Source of the DNA: Camelus ferus
Taxonomy: Eukaryota
Assembly (NCBI RefSeq): GCF_009834535.1
Contig: NC_045697.1
Coordinates: forward strand, 74,092,001 to 74,156,000
DNA: 64,000 nt
Direction of reading: 5' to 3'
A program made the position numbers and the translations under genes. Shown one piece after another: positions 23,662-35,420 of this stretch; position 1 is the first letter of the stretch, and each line of letters opens with the position of its first letter. The notes beneath the pieces are model-generated. The model searched no databases and had not been told where the DNA came from. It saw only the letters and a program-made list of their open reading frames with translations.

Positions 23662-24824
23662 AAGAGCTGAACAGAATAAAGGACAAAGGAAAAAATAAAG
23701 CATGTTGGTGTATTGGATTCCTCTTTAAGGCTGTCATGACTAAAGAGTAGATAAGAGATCTCTCTGTCCTCTTTCATATCCTTTTGTTTTGTTTTGTTTT
23801 TCTTTCCTATTTTCAGAGAGCTATTGATCCAAGTCTTGATGAAACAATTGGCCCAAGAAGCAGACTGAGCCAGAAAATAGAGACATAATTGGTGGAAAGA
23901 TGAGAAATTAGTTTTATTCTCCTTTGTCTGAAAAAAAAAAAAGTGTCATTAGCATGTAGAACTTCTTTTCTGAATGTGCGTATATATGAAAATAAATCAA
24001 TGTCCTGAGGCCCATACACCTCTTAAAAATAAAATAGAAGACAATCGGGTTGTTTTTAACCAAGTCCAAATGATGTGCACAGTACATTTGGTATTAAGCT
24101 TTCAGTCTTTCTGGCTATTTACTAAATTGGATGTAATAAAATTTATCCATCATACAAGAATCACATGTGATTTAACCACACATTGTTAAATGGCATGAAA
24201 AAATAGAAAGTTTTGCTTGATTAAGTATTATTACTGCTTCTAGGCTAAAATAATCAAGAGAAATTTCAGCTCTGAATGACACATAATAAATCCCTTATAA
24301 TATTATAAATCTAGTAATCATAGTAATATTCTAATCCAATTCAAGAGTGAGCTACTAAATTGGTAATAATAGGTCCTGAACAAAATCTAATGAGACAACC
24401 CATTTTCTCTGCCCCCTTCCTAGATTTTCCCTTCAGGCTTTGAGCAGGGGGAATTAATTTTGTTTTTAAATGGCTTAACCATGGAACTTCTATTTTTTTC
24501 TCTTTTATACTATTCTAATTACATGGAATAATGGTTTTCCAATTGGATTCAAAAGAACCCTGGGTTCCAAAGGCAATTCCTTGAAATAAATTTAAAGTAA
24601 CCCATTGCAAGGAAATATTAATTTATATCAGGATTAATTTATATCAAAACTCATCCTCACACCACAGAAGAATCTCAGGGCCCAATAAAAGAATGTAGAA
24701 CAGTTTCATAATTTCAGTTGATGACACTTATGTTAGAAACTCAGTAGCTGAGGAGTTTTCCTTGTTTGAAAATAATGTTTTTAGAAAGAGAATTTGTCCT
24801 TTCCCTCCCTTTTTTATTCGTCCC

Positions 24825-25190
24825 CTCATTCATTTAACTAATATTTACTAAAGATGTACCACGTGTCAGGAACTATGACAGTAATTGGATATAGAATGAT
24901 GAAAAAATAGGAGAATTATCTGCCATTAAGATGCTTAGGGTCTGGTGAAGGATTCAGGCATAAACAAATAATCACATAAACCTATTCATAGGATTAAAGA
25001 CTGAGATAAGTGCTATGAAGGAAAATACAGGAAGCTGTGGCAGAAAAGAAGGGGACTTGATTTAGGTTGAAGATCAGGGAAGGCCTCAGTAAGGATATGA
25101 TACCTAAAGGAGAAGTAGGAGATAGCCATGGGTAAAGTGATATAGGGAAGAGAATGTGCAAAGGTCCTGAGGTCATATTTGCCTGAGAAA
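24825..25190 (-). mobile_element. L2 3' remnant
   Basis: TCATTCATTTAACTAATATTTACT..CCACGTGTCAGG..GATAAGTGCTATGAAGGAAAAT..TCAGGGAAGGCCTC. Confidence 0.7.
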
Positions 25191-25239
25191 TATTTTCTGA
25201 GAAAACATTTGCCACAATATATGAAATACGTATGCTTTT

Positions 25240-25668
25240 GCAGGATAGATTGTCCAGGAAGCAGAAACTGAGACGGAATATTTATTAGAAAGTGCCTTTA
25301 GGATCCATCCCTGTGGAAGACAGGGGAAGGGTTCAGGATTTGGCTGAGGGAGAAGTCCATTTGCAATACAGACCCAAACAACAGCTCTGGCTGACCATGC
25401 AGGGAGTTCTAGAGGTCAAATGACATGCAGGTTGGTCTCCTAGTGGGCCAGAATGGCTGGACCTTTGTAACCGTATATCCATCACATCAGTCTTTGGATG
25501 TAAGCCACTATGGTAAGGGTATGACTTTGGGCAAGGTGGCTCTGCAGTGATGCCATCCCTGAAGGACCTGACAGTTGAAGGCTCTCTGCTAGTAGCACTT
25601 CCGGCAGCTGAGGTGACAAGCCCCTCCTGGAAAGGGGATCTGGACAGCACATCTCCACGTTCATCACA
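25240..25668 (-). mobile_element. ERVL solo LTR (LTR16-like)
   Basis: Minus strand GGAGATGTGCTGTCCAGATCCCC..CTAATAAATATTCCGTCTCAGTTTCTGCTTCCTGG resembles LTR16 and includes the poly(A) signal. Confidence 0.7.
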
Positions 25669-28600
25669 ATGTTCAACATTACAACAAGCTTTTACAAATC
25701 AATAAAAAGAAAAATAACTCAACAACCAACAGAGTAGAAGACAAAAGGGGCAATTCACAGAAAAATCACAAGTTGTTGATAAACATAGAAAAATATGCTC
25801 AACTATTGTTATCAATAAAGAAAAATGCAAACTAGACTGAGAAGCCTTTTTGTTTCATTGTGCATTGCATCGGCAAGAGTTTAATGTTGGTGATACCCAT
25901 CGTAGATGAAGGTGAAGCTGCTCTGCCTCTCGTCCTGGGATTCCTGAACAATGGTCCCTCTCAATGTGATACAGCTTCCTCAGTGAAGGAGCATCTCTGT
26001 TAGATCGTGGACCACAGTTTTCAGTAACTAAGGTGAATTTCCACACTGGGTGTGGGGAGAGGGAAATTAAACTGTTAAATGGACTGATTCATTTAACTTT
26101 CTCCATGGTCCATGGGAAAAGTAAGCAGAAAATTCTATAGGAGTTCATCATAAAAAAAATCTCAATTTCTAGCCTTCTATTCTGAGTCTTAGCTATTTTG
26201 AGGTGACAAGTTATAATTTTTGTTTATTTATCCAAGAAAGTACTTATCTGTGTTTATGTATACACTAATAAACACAGAGAAAAATCTGGAAGGACATCTT
26301 TGAATAGTATTTTTTTTAATTGTCATTGTTACAATAGCATGTATTATTTTAGTATTTTTTAAAAGCTTTAGATGCTCTTGGAGCAAACATGATGCCTTCC
26401 AATATAATAAGCATTTTCTGAGCCCCCCAGTATCTAACCATTTTCAGAGTTTCATCCTACCCTCAATGGACAGTCTCTTTTTTATGAGCGTAAGACACTC
26501 ATTAAGAATCACCCCTGCTGACCTCCCCCTTCCAGAAAAATTTAGGCAGAAAGAAAGCAAGGGAGGAAGATAGGACAAAAGACAGTCCACACTGGATGGA
26601 CCACAGTGATTAACAAAGAAGAGTAGTACACAGATCATGTAGAGCCTTATTTTCAGGATTTTGGAAATTATCTTAAATGCAGTAGGAACACAATGAGGGA
26701 TTTTAAGCAGGGGATGTCGTGATTCATCTTGTTTTATAGCTATCACCCTGGTTGCAGTACGACCATTCAATTGGAGGGGTGCAAGTATGGCATCAAGGGT
26801 TCTGATTAGGAGGCCACTGGAAGAATCCAAACAAGGTACAATGGGGTCATCGGGAGTGGCAGCAAAAATGGTGGAAAACAGAAGGCTCTCCTGTGATCAC
26901 GGAGCTCATAGACAAGGTAGGGAAGCTGAGACAGGGAAAGATTTCCAGGGTGGAGGAGCAAGAACAAATCCAGCACGCAGGAAGACAGGAGAGTCTGAGA
27001 GAAAGAAGAAGGCCAAAGATGACTAAATATGGAGGGGAACTGAGAACTGTGAAGCTAAGAAAGAATGAACTAAAGACAAAATGGAAAAAAAGTTGGGAAG
27101 ATGGGTGAGGCTGTAGTTTGGAGGCCGTAAAACAGTGGGTGATCTGTATCTTTGAGCACCAAATAAAAAAAAAGTTGAAATGATTGTGTACTTTAAACAA
27201 AATTAAATGTTGTATCTTTAAAAATTTTTTTATTAGGAAAACAAGTGTCTGCTACTATGTTTAAGCAGTTGGATTATTTTCCTGTTATTGGAGTATATCT
27301 CTTTTATCACAGAATATTAAAATTATATAACATCTGCTCAGTGGTGCCTGGTGCGATGCAGCACATCTGGAGAGACTTTCTAATCAAGGAAGATATTTCT
27401 GAATCTAGTTTATTGTATCTTTCTTGACTTAACTTCCAAGCTACTTAATTCTATAATACACTTTTTTCTCCTAGAGACACTTAATATTGTATTCTTTAAG
27501 ATAAGGGATTTTTTTCCTATTGCAAATGAGATAAACAGTAATACCTCTAACACAAAGAATGACTTAATTAACATAATTTGAATCAAAAGTCTTTCATGGC
27601 AGTAGCCATAATTGGAGTTACAAATATTGTGGAATAAATGACTCTCCTCAGCCCTATCTGGGGTTCAGGTTAGAAGATTCTCCAGGAGAGGTCTCCTAGG
27701 ATCTGGACTCTCTAAGGACCTGGAGCAAGGGAACAGCAATTATCCATCCTAATCATGCAAAGAAAACCAGCATCATCAGAACCATTCATGGGTCCTGTGT
27801 TCCCCAGCCCTTCTCATAGAAGACCAATCAGGGCTGAAAACTTCCTGTTGGGCTAACATCAACAACAGATACTCCTTACGTACTGGACCAGCCAGAGGTT
27901 CCATCAGCAATGGCCTGTGGGCTGAGCTGTCTAGTACTGAATTTGGCCTCATCTGAAGGAGGGCAAAGGGGACTGAGTAACAAGTTAAGAGGAGGCTTTT
28001 CCCACAAAGTCAAGCAGACCATAAGCTACCCCTAAATCTCTGTTCACCACCTTTCAGGTTTCAGAAGAAATGAGTATGTAATGGTCTTTGGTGATCTTTT
28101 TAGGACAATACGCAGTCAGCCAGATTGTTAATCTAGCACATTATTCTAGTATATACACTTTAAAAAGCTCTCACCTAATTTTAGTACATATACTTATAAA
28201 ATATATCTAACCTATTATAACATATATAACTTACGTGGAATGATATTTATTGTATAAAATCTCATTTTAGTCTTTTTCTTTCATATTTTCTCTCTCTTAG
28301 AATATTTTTTAAAACTTTAAGTGAAAATTATATTGAAATTATCTAAGTAGTCTGCTCAGATTCTTCTTGGCTGGCTTTGATATTACAGTGCCATCCACTT
28401 TATCACAGATACGTCAGGTTTCCCTAGAGAAAATCAACGACTACCAGTGTTCTTTAAGAAAGAAAATGCTGATAACTGATTAGTTCCATTTGCTGAAATC
28501 ATTTTCCTTCTTATTATTTTTTGCTCCAGTGACTAAGAAATAAGTTATTTTTTAATAAGATAAAAAAAAAACCCTTCAGAAGTAATACTTAAAAATAACT

Positions 28601-29289
28601 TCCCATTCACCATCTCCAAGATTACAAAAAGAAAAAAGACATATAAGTAAAAAAATATCGAGGTAATTTTACCTTAAGAAGCTGAATATAGAGATGACAG
28701 AACTAAGATGCTTTTTAAATAACTTCTGAAAATCTACACTTTGTCCTTAGCCTGTAAATATAATTATTTCACTTAATTATTATTGGATTTATTTTTTTTA
28801 CTGGTCATCAGTAAAATTCAAATTTCCCCATCTTAGAAATGAACCTTGAGTCTTTCCTCAGACACTGGACAAGAGAGATGATTGATAAAGCATTCAATCC
28901 TGTATTTAAACAAACATTCAAATGAACATTTTCTCTTATTTGCAGCCATTATACAGTTATTTCAATTCCTTTGCCTTTGCTCAAACACTTTCAATAATCT
29001 TTTGTTGGAAATGTCATTCAGACCAGGTTACCAGACACTTTAAAAATATCGGTCTCATCATATCATAATGATATCTCATTTTAGACCCCAAAAAGTTATT
29101 ATCCAGTGAAATCATATGTCCTTTCCCTGCTTCAAATGACCTTCAGCTCTTTTCAAAAACTAAATTACTGAGAGGACAAAAATTTCTCATTATGGAGACT
29201 ATTCCAAAAGAATGTCGTAGGCACTGAAGGAAAAAGGACAGGAATACCCATAGATGGTTGTCCTTCCAAATCATCTTCAAGTCTCTCAG

Positions 29290-29510
29290 CTCATTTATTC
29301 TTCATGACTTTCTTCAGGTATTATTAGTCCCATATAGGCAAAGAAACTGAATCCTGAAGAAGTCATCTTAAGTCATTCATTCATGCATTTGATAAATAGT
29401 ATGTGATGTCAACTGGGCCAACACTGGCAGATCAGAGAGCATGTTTAAAGTTACATGGTTAGCAAGGGCCAAACCAGAACTAACTGGAATACAAGTCCAA
29501 TTTTCTGCGA
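29290..29510 (-). mobile_element. MIR fragment
   Basis: AGGTATTATTAGTCCCATATAGGCAAAGAAACTGA..AAAGTTACATGGTTAGCAAGGG. Confidence 0.5.
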
Positions 29511-30221
29511 TATCATAATGCCTGTGGCAGATGATATATTCCAAAATATAAAAATCACCAACAATATCTCTCACCCTACACTCTCTAGAAGCTTGCTACT
29601 CCCCTGTCAGGAAGTGAAATTGAACTAGAGGTGGAGAGGCAGTCCTCATGGCATTCAAGTCCATGCATGGTTCCAGTTACTGAAATTCCTGGAGCTGCTC
29701 TAATCTCTGCCTTTCCAGGAGGTGGTTGCTCAATCTTGCATCAGCTCTGGGAGACTCACTGGTACCTGCCAGCACATCATTTTTATTGTTCTAGTTTTAG
29801 TTACATTTCTGTCGCTTGTAACCAGGAGTCCTCACTTCCTAGAAGGCAAGCGGTTGATTCAAACAAGCAGTGTGAGGATTCAAAGTGTTCAGAGCCCCCA
29901 AATTTGTCCCCTATCACACCTCTGTTACCCTCATTGAAGTCAGGGATCACCCTCACATATCTGACTACCCTGCACTGTCTAATCTAACATGAATCCTAAG
30001 GCCCCTGTCTATAATCAGCTCCTTATTTCAGAAGAGGAGAATTGATTTGTTTACTGAAGTTTTTTTTCCCCCCTTAATGGTGTTTAAATCATTCTTCATT
30101 TCAGCCCCTTCACCATTTCACTGTTTAGTGACTAATTTTTTGGAAGAGTTCTCAAGATGATGTGCATTCTTCCAAACATTATTGTTCATTGTGGTCTAAA
30201 TGTTTGTGTCCCCAGTGACAC

Positions 30222-30650
30222 AAAATTTTGCCATTTGCAACAACATGGATGGACTTGGAGGATATTATACTTAGTGAAGTAAGTCAGACAGAGAAAGACA
30301 CTGTATATTATCACCTATATGTGGAATCTAAAAAATAAAACAAACCAGTGAATATAATAAAAAAGAAACAGGCTTACAGATATGGAGAACAAACTAGTGG
30401 TTATCAGTGGGGAGAGGGAAAGAGGGAGAGGCAACACAGAGGTAGGGGATTAAGAGGTACAAACTACTCTGCATAGAATAAATAAGCTACAAGGATATAT
30501 TGTACAGTACAGGGGATATAGTCAATATTTTATAAGTGGAGTGTAATCTGTAAAAATTATGAATCACTATGTTGTATACTTGAAACTCATATAATATTGT
30601 AAATCAACCTCAATAAATAAATTTTAAGAAAAAGAAAAAGGAAAAAAGAT
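30222..30650 (+). mobile_element. 5'-truncated L1 3' UTR (L1MA9/L1_Art-like)
   Basis: AAATTTTGCCATTTGCAACAACATGGATGGACTTGGAG..GAGAACAAACTAGTGGTTATCAGTGGGGAGAGGGA..GAATCACTATGTTGTATACTTGAAACT plus an A-rich tail. Confidence 0.9.
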
Positions 30651-31563
30651 TTGTGATGTTAATGACCTTCTGATAACAAAACTTTATCATCTGTAATCTG
30701 AATATTTATTTGGACTGTGCCCTTTACTTTTTTAAGGTAGGATGAGGTAAAGGAAACAAAATATTTTGTAGAGGAAAATCCTCTCACTGATACCTGCTTT
30801 ACACTTCTTTATTTCAATTAAAGTTAAATAACTGTAATCAGTATTTAAATGAAAAATCTTCTTTAGTATTATGCTTTGGTATATCTTTGTTCGCTGAGAA
30901 CCAGGAAGAAAACAAGGTGATCTAGAATTGTAGCCATAAAAGTTTAAAGCTGAAGGGTATAGGTCATCTAACCTGACACTCTGGCTTCACAAATTAAAAA
31001 ACAGACACAGAGAGGCCAAAGTAACCTTTCCAAGATCTTGATAACTTTTCCAAGATCTCCATACCATAGTCTTTACTCTCTCCCTGTTAGAAAATTATTC
31101 ATTACTAGGTGTCATTTAAATTCCTCTCAATAGAGTAGGTGTAAGTATATTTTTCCATCTCGTTGATGTTGAGCTTGGCCGTGTAGCTTGCCAATAAAAT
31201 ATTAGCTTCTTAAACTTTAAATGTGTTTGTCTGATTTGGTTTGTCCTCTTGCACCTTTGCCATTCCCTTGTTAGAAACAGATAGTCCAGGTGGCTGCTGG
31301 ACTTGGATGATGACAACGCAGCACAGCTGAAGTCTAGAGTTCAGTCACACTCGGTCAAAAACATCATCGTGTCCAAGGATCAGATCCAAGATCAGATGAA
31401 GAGCAGCCAACATGCATATTCATAAGCAAGAAAAATCTTTGCTGTTTTAAGGCACTGAGACACTGAGGACTGTCTTTTATGCAGTCTTATCACAGTGAAT
31501 AAGCAGATTAATAGTCTCATAAAGGGTTAGCAAAGGTAGAATATTCAAACACTTTTTTCAAAT

Positions 31564-32051
31564 TGTATTGGTTGCAATTTGATTTACATGCATATAATAA
31601 AAAAAGTCAAATAACAATGGTTAAATAAAATTGAATTTTACTTCTCAGTAAAAACAGTCTAGAGTTAGGCCATGAGACATAGTTCAGTGATTCTCTGAGG
31701 TCTTTAGGTTCTTTCCTGTGCATGGCTCTCCCATCCTAAGGATATGGCCCTTGTCTTAATGGCCCCAAACTAGGAAACCTTCTGCATCCAAGACTCAGAA
31801 AGAAAAGTGGGGGGATAAAGAAAAGAATGATATATGTTCTGTCTTTGAAGGAGACTACCTAGAATTTCCACAGAATCTCTTCTGATATTTTACTGGCCAG
31901 AACTTAGTTAAATTACCATACCTGGATGCAAAGGAGATGGAAATAAAGTCTTTTAGCTAAATAACAATGTGCCAAGCAAAAATTACAGGGTTCTATTACC
32001 AAAAAGAAAGGGAGAATAGATGTTTTGAGGTAACTAGCAGTTTCTGCCATA
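31564..32051 (-). mobile_element. MaLR solo LTR (MLT1J-like)
   Basis: AAATAACAATGGTTAAATAAAAT..TGGCCAGAACTTAGT..CCTGGATGCAAAGGAG..GGGTTCTATTAC..GGGAGAATAGAT..AACTAGCAGTTTCTGCCATA. Confidence 0.7.
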
Positions 32052-32665
32052 ATGGACAAATATTTGTTGCCCTATAGGAAGTGTCCAATAAATGTTAGGT
32101 GGATGACTGACTGAAAATATTAATTAATTTTCATGATCTAAATCACCAAAAGGGAAAAAAGATAATTCACATTTGGTTATGCAATTCATTTAAAATTTGT
32201 TTTCTTGTAAATATGATGCTTTATTGTGTATTATAAATTTTTTTGATTCCATTCAGTAAATAGTACTGGGCACTACAACGTGAAAAGCATTGTGCTTGGA
32301 ACTTTTAGAATCCAGACAGGAAGAAGATACTGTCCCAAGCTGTATGACAGACTTCAGAGACAGCTATTGAAGCAGAATCACTGAGTTTGCTAAGCTGTGT
32401 GGGACACTTCCTACAAACTAATAGCATTCTACATTAGGGATCTTGGCTTCTATTTCTGAGGACTTTCTTCAGTGTTACTGAAACTTATTCAACCCATTAG
32501 GATAACCCAGAACTTCTTGGGATTTAATTCTTTGTGTTTATAAAGAGGTTGTTCTGTGCATTGTATGATTATTCTGTTAATCATTATGTTTAACTGAAGA
32601 GATTGAGTTACTTAAAAGCCTTCAATTTATAGTAGATTTTCAAAAGTTAAAAATAAATTGAAGTG

Positions 32666-33574
32666 CAGTCACATGAAAAGATGCTCAACATCACTAATTA
32701 TTAGAGAAATGCAAATCACAACCACAATGAGCTATCATCTCACACCTGTCAGAACAGCTATCATCAAAGTCTACAAATAACAAATGCTGACAAGAATATG
32801 AAGGAAAGGGAACCCTTGTATACTGTTGGCAGGAATATAAATTGGTGCAGCCACTATGGAAAATAGTATGGAGTTTCCTCCAAAAACTAAAAATAGCCTT
32901 ACCATATGATCCAGCAATTTCATTTCTGGGTATAAATCTGAAAAAAACAACAAACAACAACAAAAACAACAACAACTAATGTAAAAAGATACATGCATCC
33001 TGATGTAAACATAGCAGCATAATTTACAAAAGCCAAGATATAGAAGCAATCCAAGTGTCCATCAACAGATAAATGGATAAAGAAGATATTATGTATATGA
33101 AAATAATGGAATATTATATATATAATAGAATATTAATCAGCCATTAAAAAGAATGAAATTCTGCCATTTGCAACAACATGGAAGAGAGTATTATACTTAG
33201 AGATATATATCAGATAAAGACACATTTTGCATGTTATCATTTATCTGTAAAATCTAAAAAATAAAACAAATGAATGTATATAACAAAACAGAAACAGACT
33301 CACAGATATAGAAAACAAACTAGTGGATATCATTTGGGAGAAGGAGGGGGAGGGGGCAAGATAGGGGTATGGGGTTAAAAGATACAAACTACTATGTATA
33401 AAATAGATGAGCAACAAAGATACATTGTACAGCACAGGGAAATACAGCCACTATTTTATAATAACTTTTAATGGAGTATAACCTATAAAAATATTGAATC
33501 ACTGTGTTGTATGCCTGTGACTAATACTGTAAATCAACTATACTTTAATAAAATTTTTTAAAAATAAAAAAACT
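32666..33574 (+). mobile_element. 5'-truncated L1 (ORF2 end + 3' UTR) with TSD
   Basis: CACATGAAAAGATGCTCAACATCACTAATTATTAGAGAAATGCAAATC.. TSD AAAAATAAATTGAAGTG (32649-32665) and AAAAAGTAATTGAAGTG (33575-33591). Internal (CAA)n at about 32946-32976. Confidence 0.92.
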
Positions 33575-33689
33575 AAAAAGTAATTGAAGTGTTTAATAAA
33601 AATCATAACAAAATTGTGAATATAGAGAACTGTTTTTAATTTTATTGATTTAGATAAACAGAGTATTAATGTACAGATATTTATCTACC

Positions 33690-35420
33690 TCCTCTGAATG
33701 TGGGGCCATAATGTAACTGGGACCAGATTTACCATTCACAATAAATAACTAGAAAAATGGACTTAAATGTAAGAAAAAGTATTTTCAGACATGGAATATC
33801 AGGAAGAGTAAAACTATTATTCCTGATATAGAAGAAAAATGAGATGGGCCCTGCAATTACCCTGGCTTTCTGCCTAAAGATATTCCACTCTGTGGCACTG
33901 ATAGGAGGATCCCAGGCAAAGCACAGTGATTTCACTGAACTGAGGAAACTTTCTCAGCCTGATAAAGGGCCCTAATTAAGACTCAACACTTTCCCTTGAA
34001 GATCAGGAACATGACAAGAATGTCCCCACTTTCTCTACTTCTTAATACTTACTGGAGATTCTAGCCAATGCATTCAACAAGAAAAGAAACAAACACCACA
34101 GAGATTGCAAAGAAAGAAATAAAAACTCTATTTGCAAGTAAACTGACCATGTACATATAAACAATCTATAAAAAACTATATTCTATAAAACTATTACTTG
34201 CTAATAAGTCACTTTAGCAAGTTTCCCAAATCAGAGCTAACATGCAAAAATCAATTGCCTTTCTATACACTGACAACGAATGGAAATATAAATTATAAAA
34301 CATTTCTATTACAATAGTATCAAAAAATGAAATTTTGAGATAAATATAACAAAATATGTGCAAGATCTGTTTACTGAAAACCACAGAACATTGCAGAGAC
34401 AAATTTTAAAAGACCTGAATAAATGGAGAAATACATGATGTTTGTGGATTGGAAGATCCAACACTGTTAAAATGGCAATTCTCCCAATATCTAGATTAAT
34501 CCATAGATTAAACTAATCCAAGTAAAATCCCAACATGCATTTTGGAACAATTGACAAGCAGAATATAAAATTTACGTGGAAATGCAAAGAACCTAGAAGA
34601 ATCAAGTAATTTTGGAAAGGAAGAACAAAGTTAGAGGACATAGACCATTGGACTCTAAGATTTATGATAAACAAAAAATTAACCAAAAGTGAGCTTTTGG
34701 TAAGAGAATAGACATACAGATCAGTGGCTAATTGGTTTTCAATAAAGGCATGAAGGTATTTCAATGGGGAAGGGACAATCTTAAAAAATCATGCCAGAAC
34801 AATTGGATATACATATGGAAAAAAAAAAAAAGCCTCGGCCCTTACTTCATACCACATATCAATATTAATTAGACATGAAACATTGACTTAAACTTAAGAA
34901 ATAAAACTCTAAAACTTCTAGAAGAAAACATAGGAACAAATGTTTTTTACTCTGGAGTGGCATCAGCCACAAAAAATTGATTAATTGGAGTTTACAAAGT
35001 AAAAAAAAAATGTTAACCCTTTGACAAACATTGTCAAGAAAATGAAAGGGCAAGCCACAGAGTGAAAAATAAATTCATGTTACATATATATGACAAAAGA
35101 TATGTCTGAAATAAAGAAATTTTTTTGCAACTTATTAATAGTAAGATGAACAACAACCCAATAAACGCAGGCAAATACTTTACTAAAGATACACATGTAG
35201 CTAATGAGCCCATGAAAAGAGGCTTAATATCATTAGTCATCAGGAAAATGCAAATGAAAACCACAAATAAGTAACACTACATATCCAGTAAATGGCTGAA
35301 ATTTAAAAATCTGACAACTTTAAGTATTGGAGAAGATATGAATAGTAATAAAAATTTTCATACGTTGCTGTAGGAAATGTAAAATGGTACAATCATTTTG
35401 GCAGAGTTTGACAATTGTTA
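33690..35420 (+). mobile_element. Old L1M element (degenerate ORF2; possible 5'-UTR piece at 33690-33945)
   Basis: CTTTCCCTTGAAGATCAGGAACATGACAAGAATGTCC..CAAAAATCAATTGCCTTTCTATACAC..GGAAAATGCAAATGAAAACCACAA are L1 ORF2 motifs with many stops and indels. Confidence 0.8.

Noticed and set aside
26787..27200. Charged, coiled-coil-looking ORFs (71-117 aa)
   Set aside because: Purine-rich sequence adjoining an antisense L2 remnant, with no splice structure or recognisable homology.
33703..33800. AATGTAACTGG..GGAATATCA fragments reminiscent of PPA2 exon 2 wording
   Set aside because: The sequence lies upstream of the gene, the two fragments imply inconsistent strands, there is no open matching frame, and it sits in probable L1 sequence.
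14700..35264. 60-93 aa ORFs overlapping L1 fragments (e.g. 14700-15036, 22209-22488, 32694-33049, 34214-35264)
   Set aside because: These are short antisense or broken frames of decayed L1 sequence. No intact ORF1/ORF2 or transposase is present anywhere in the window.
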